Assembly (NCBI GenBank): GCA_965249725.1
Contig: CBDFMQ010000002.1
Coordinates: 64,001 to 128,000, forward strand
Origin: Longimicrobiales bacterium
GTDB taxonomy: Bacteria; Gemmatimonadota; Gemmatimonadetes; Longimicrobiales; Gaopeijiaceae
Direction: 5' to 3'
Length of the DNA: 64,000 nucleotides
The position numbers were made by a program, and so were the translations under genes. Positions 61,747-64,000 of the stretch are shown piece by piece (position 1 is the stretch's first letter; each line of letters starts with the position of its first letter). A model generated the notes under the pieces. That model was not told where the DNA came from, made no database searches, and saw nothing but the letters and a program-made list of their open reading frames with translations.

Positions 61747-62414
61747 AGCGTCTCGAGCGGCTCGAAGGTCTGGAGACCCTCCTGGTACCACTGCTCGCGG
61801 GACGGATAGGTGTTCACATCGTCGATCGTGAGGCCAGCCGTCATTTCGTGCTCGTAGAGCGTCAGTGAGCCCCGTTCTTCCTCGTGCTCGGAGTGTGGGG
61901 CCTTCATGTAGATGTTGGCCTTGAATCGCTCGTCGCCGTCGACAGTAAAGGCGTTGTAGAGGTTGTTAGACGGTTCGTACTCATGACGAGTCACGTGCAG
62001 GTCCAGAACTGGATCGGCACCGTCGAGCACGTTGACCTCCATGTCCCCCTCGGTTTCGGTGAACTTGATCTCCACGTCGTTCATGTAGTGGGGGAGGTGC
62101 CAGCGCTCGATGGCGTGGAGTCGAGAGGCTTCGCTGGTGGTCCCGACCATGAACGGAAAGAACGCCGCCTTCGGAAGTGGCTTCCCGGGTTCGATCATGG
62201 GGGGGACGATCACCGCGAGTACGACCTCGCCGTACTCCCCGACCTCGCTCTCGTGGAAGTGAAACGCGGTCAGCGCGAGGATGCTGCGCTCGTGCTGCAG
62301 CTCGAGCGGTTCCAGGTGCCGGGGTAGGAGCTTGCGCGCATCCTGGGTCGGCATCTCGAAGAACGCCCCCACGCAGTGCCGAAAGCCGTAGTAGGTGTAG
62401 CCCTTATCGTCCAT
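61743..62414 (-). CDS. acetoacetate decarboxylase-like fold protein
   Basis: ARKLLPRHLEPL..ESEVGEYGEVVLAV..AIERWHLP. Probable start MDDKG; the longer ORF in the track reads through the repeat. Confidence 0.7.
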   Translation of the reverse strand: MDDKGYTYYGFRHCVGAFFEMPTQDARKLLPRHLEPLELQHERSILALTAFHFHESEVGEYGEVVLAVIVPPMIEPGKPLPKAAFFPFMVGTTSEASRLHAIERWHLPHYMNDVEIKFTETEGDMEVNVLDGADPVLDLHVTRHEYEPSNNLYNAFTVDGDERFKANIYMKAPHSEHEEERGSLTLYEHEMTAGLTIDDVNTYPSREQWYQEGLQTFEPLETL

Positions 62415-62542
62415 GTATGTGCTCGCCCATATGCTCGCCGCTGGCGCGGGCAGGCTACGGAATCGTCTTGATGCCGGTTGCCGCCTGCCGTTAGCGTGTT
62501 CCAGTCGGCTGTAGTTTCTATGTTGTCCCGACCTGCAAACCC

Positions 62543-62902
62543 CCGTTGTGCTGGACCGTTGTGCTGGACCGTTGTGCCCGTTGTGCTGGACCGTTGTGCT
62601 GGACCGTTGTGCTGGACCGTTGTGCTGGACCGTTGTGCTGGACCGTTGTGCTGGACCGTTGTGCTGGACCGTTGTGCTGGACCGTTGTGCTGGACCGTTG
62701 TGCTGGACCGTTGTGCTGGACCGTTGTGCTGGACCGTTGTGCTGGACCGTTGTGCTGGACCGTTGTGCTGGACCGTTGTGCTGGACCGTTGTGCTGGACC
62801 GTTGTGCTGGACCGTTGTGCTGGACCGTTGTGCTGGACCGTCGCGCTGGACCGTTGTGCTGGACCGTCGCGCTGGACCGTTGTGCTGGATCGTCGCGCTG
62901 GA
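62543..62902. repeat. 13-bp tandem repeat (CCGTTGTGCTGGA), ~27 copies
   Basis: Two units, a 9-bp partial unit, then 25 units; three 3' units are the variant (C/T)CGTCGCGCTGGA. Confidence 0.97.
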
Positions 62903-62912
62903 GGCGCCCTAC

Positions 62913-63683
62913 GTGAGAGTCCAAGGATACCTGGCCGTGGCCGTCGTCTGCTTCGGGTTCCTCGTGGCCGATCTCATTCAGCGATTCATTATCGGACCGC
63001 TGAGTTGGATGCGACCCTCTCGTAAAACGGCGATCATCAGCGCCTGGATACAGACGATGGCCTGGCTGTGCACACGGCCCATCTCGGCCATCGGCGGGGC
63101 ACACCTGCCCGTCCCTCCACAGGTTCCGTTCGAGCCCGGCGTACTCATTGTCATGAACCACCAGTCACTCTTCGACATTCCAATTCTGGTGGAATCCGCT
63201 CGGCCCGGATACCCCCGCATCCTCACGCGCAGGAGATATGCTCGCTGGATCCCGGTCATCTCGCATCTATTGCGGCTCTATCAATACCCGGTCGTGGACC
63301 CCAAAGGGAAGCCGTCCGAGATACGGGAGTCGCTCGACCGGATACGCGAAGCGGCTCGTACGTCCGAGGTGCCCATGGCCCTCTTTCCCGAGGGGACACG
63401 CACCAAGGACGGCGAGATTGGTCGGTTCAAGAAGAACGGCTTTAAGGCCATTCTCGGAGCTCGACCATGGAAGGTGTACGTCCTGGTCGTCGACGGGTTC
63501 TGGGACGTGGCGAAGTTCAAGGACTTCATCGGCGGCGTCTCGAAGCTCCGAGGCCGCTTGGAGCTGGCCGGCGTCTTGCATTGGACGGATCCCGAGGCCG
63601 ATCCTCAGCCGTTCATCGATGAGGTCCGCCAGGTGATGGTGCGCGGACTCGCCGACATGCGTGAAGGGGTGCCGGTCGCGTGA
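62913..63683 (+). CDS. plsC: 1-acyl-sn-glycerol-3-phosphate acyltransferase family
   Basis: NHQSLFD (HX4D) and FPEGTRT motifs. GGAGG lies 8 bp before GTG 62913. Confidence 0.88.
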   Translation: MRVQGYLAVAVVCFGFLVADLIQRFIIGPLSWMRPSRKTAIISAWIQTMAWLCTRPISAIGGAHLPVPPQVPFEPGVLIVMNHQSLFDIPILVESARPGYPRILTRRRYARWIPVISHLLRLYQYPVVDPKGKPSEIRESLDRIREAARTSEVPMALFPEGTRTKDGEIGRFKKNGFKAILGARPWKVYVLVVDGFWDVAKFKDFIGGVSKLRGRLELAGVLHWTDPEADPQPFIDEVRQVMVRGLADMREGVPVA

Positions 63684-64000
63684 ACTCCTCCTCTCCAGGC
63701 GCCGCCGAGTTGGCCACGGCTCTGGTCGGTGTCTCGGATTCCTCGGTCCATGTGATCCTCCTCTATGGATCCCACCTGACCGATGCGAGCCCCGACCGCC
63801 ACAGCGCGTTCGACTTCATCGTGGTGGTGGACGACTACGCGTCGTTCTACTCGGCACTCAGTGACGCCGACGAGCTGCATCGCCCACCCTGGCTGATGAC
63901 GAGGATGGCCCAGATGCTTGCGCCCAACGTGATCGTGTTCGCGCCCGATGAGGGGTCGGCGGGGATCGCGAAGTGTGTCATCGTAAGCCGGGATCATCTG
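63680..64000 (+). CDS. nucleotidyltransferase-fold protein, Tam41/Mmp37-like (3' end outside window; absent from the ORF track)
   Basis: GTGA overlap with the plsC stop. Translates to ..VILLYGSHL..AFDFIVVVDDY..LAPNV..AKCVIVS. Confidence 0.65.
   Translation, partial: MNSSSPGAAELATALVGVSDSSVHVILLYGSHLTDASPDRHSAFDFIVVVDDYASFYSALSDADELHRPPWLMTRMAQMLAPNVIVFAPDEGSAGIAKCVIVSRDHL

Noticed and set aside
62543..62902. CRISPR array
   Set aside because: The units are contiguous 13-mers with no spacers, and no cas genes are present.
61743..63683. 472-aa and 401-aa repeat-containing proteins in the ORF track
   Set aside because: The extensions exist only because the repeat lacks stop codons. Starts at 62414 (-) and 62913 (+, with RBS) give normal-sized proteins.

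Overview
High-GC bacterial chromosomal segment, most likely Gemmatimonadota. This is inferred from SusC/SusD pairs in a GC-rich genome, ADOP-type permeases and the kinase N-terminus MSDPVSRLNAALKGRYTIERELGEGGMATVYLA. Ordinary envelope and metabolic genes flank a ~27 kb plasticity zone (12.5-40 kb). The zone holds tRNA-Arg(TCT), an intact tyrosine integrase followed by a terminase-small-subunit-like gene, a XerC/D dif-like site, IS256 and integrase remnants, tRNA-Ala(TGC) and two downstream 45-bp copies of its 3' half that delimit tandem integrated islands. The ~17.4 kb island (22457-39836) has matching arm-type repeats at both ends and no integrase. It carries an OMP-SusC-SusD-(His-rich LVIVD-like beta-propeller)x4-NTF2 gene run with no recognisable CAZyme or peptidase; six paralogues of this propeller occur in the window. 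A ~45-bp bulged-hairpin repeat occurs four times at 18-22 kb, twice directly after a gene's stop codon, like a cassette array. The right third has a B12 riboswitch-btuB, yjbH-like, TonB/TPR genes, a 13-bp VNTR and a plsC + Tam41-like pair. Several genes are internally deleted or fragmentary. All family calls come from reading motifs by eye; no searches were run.
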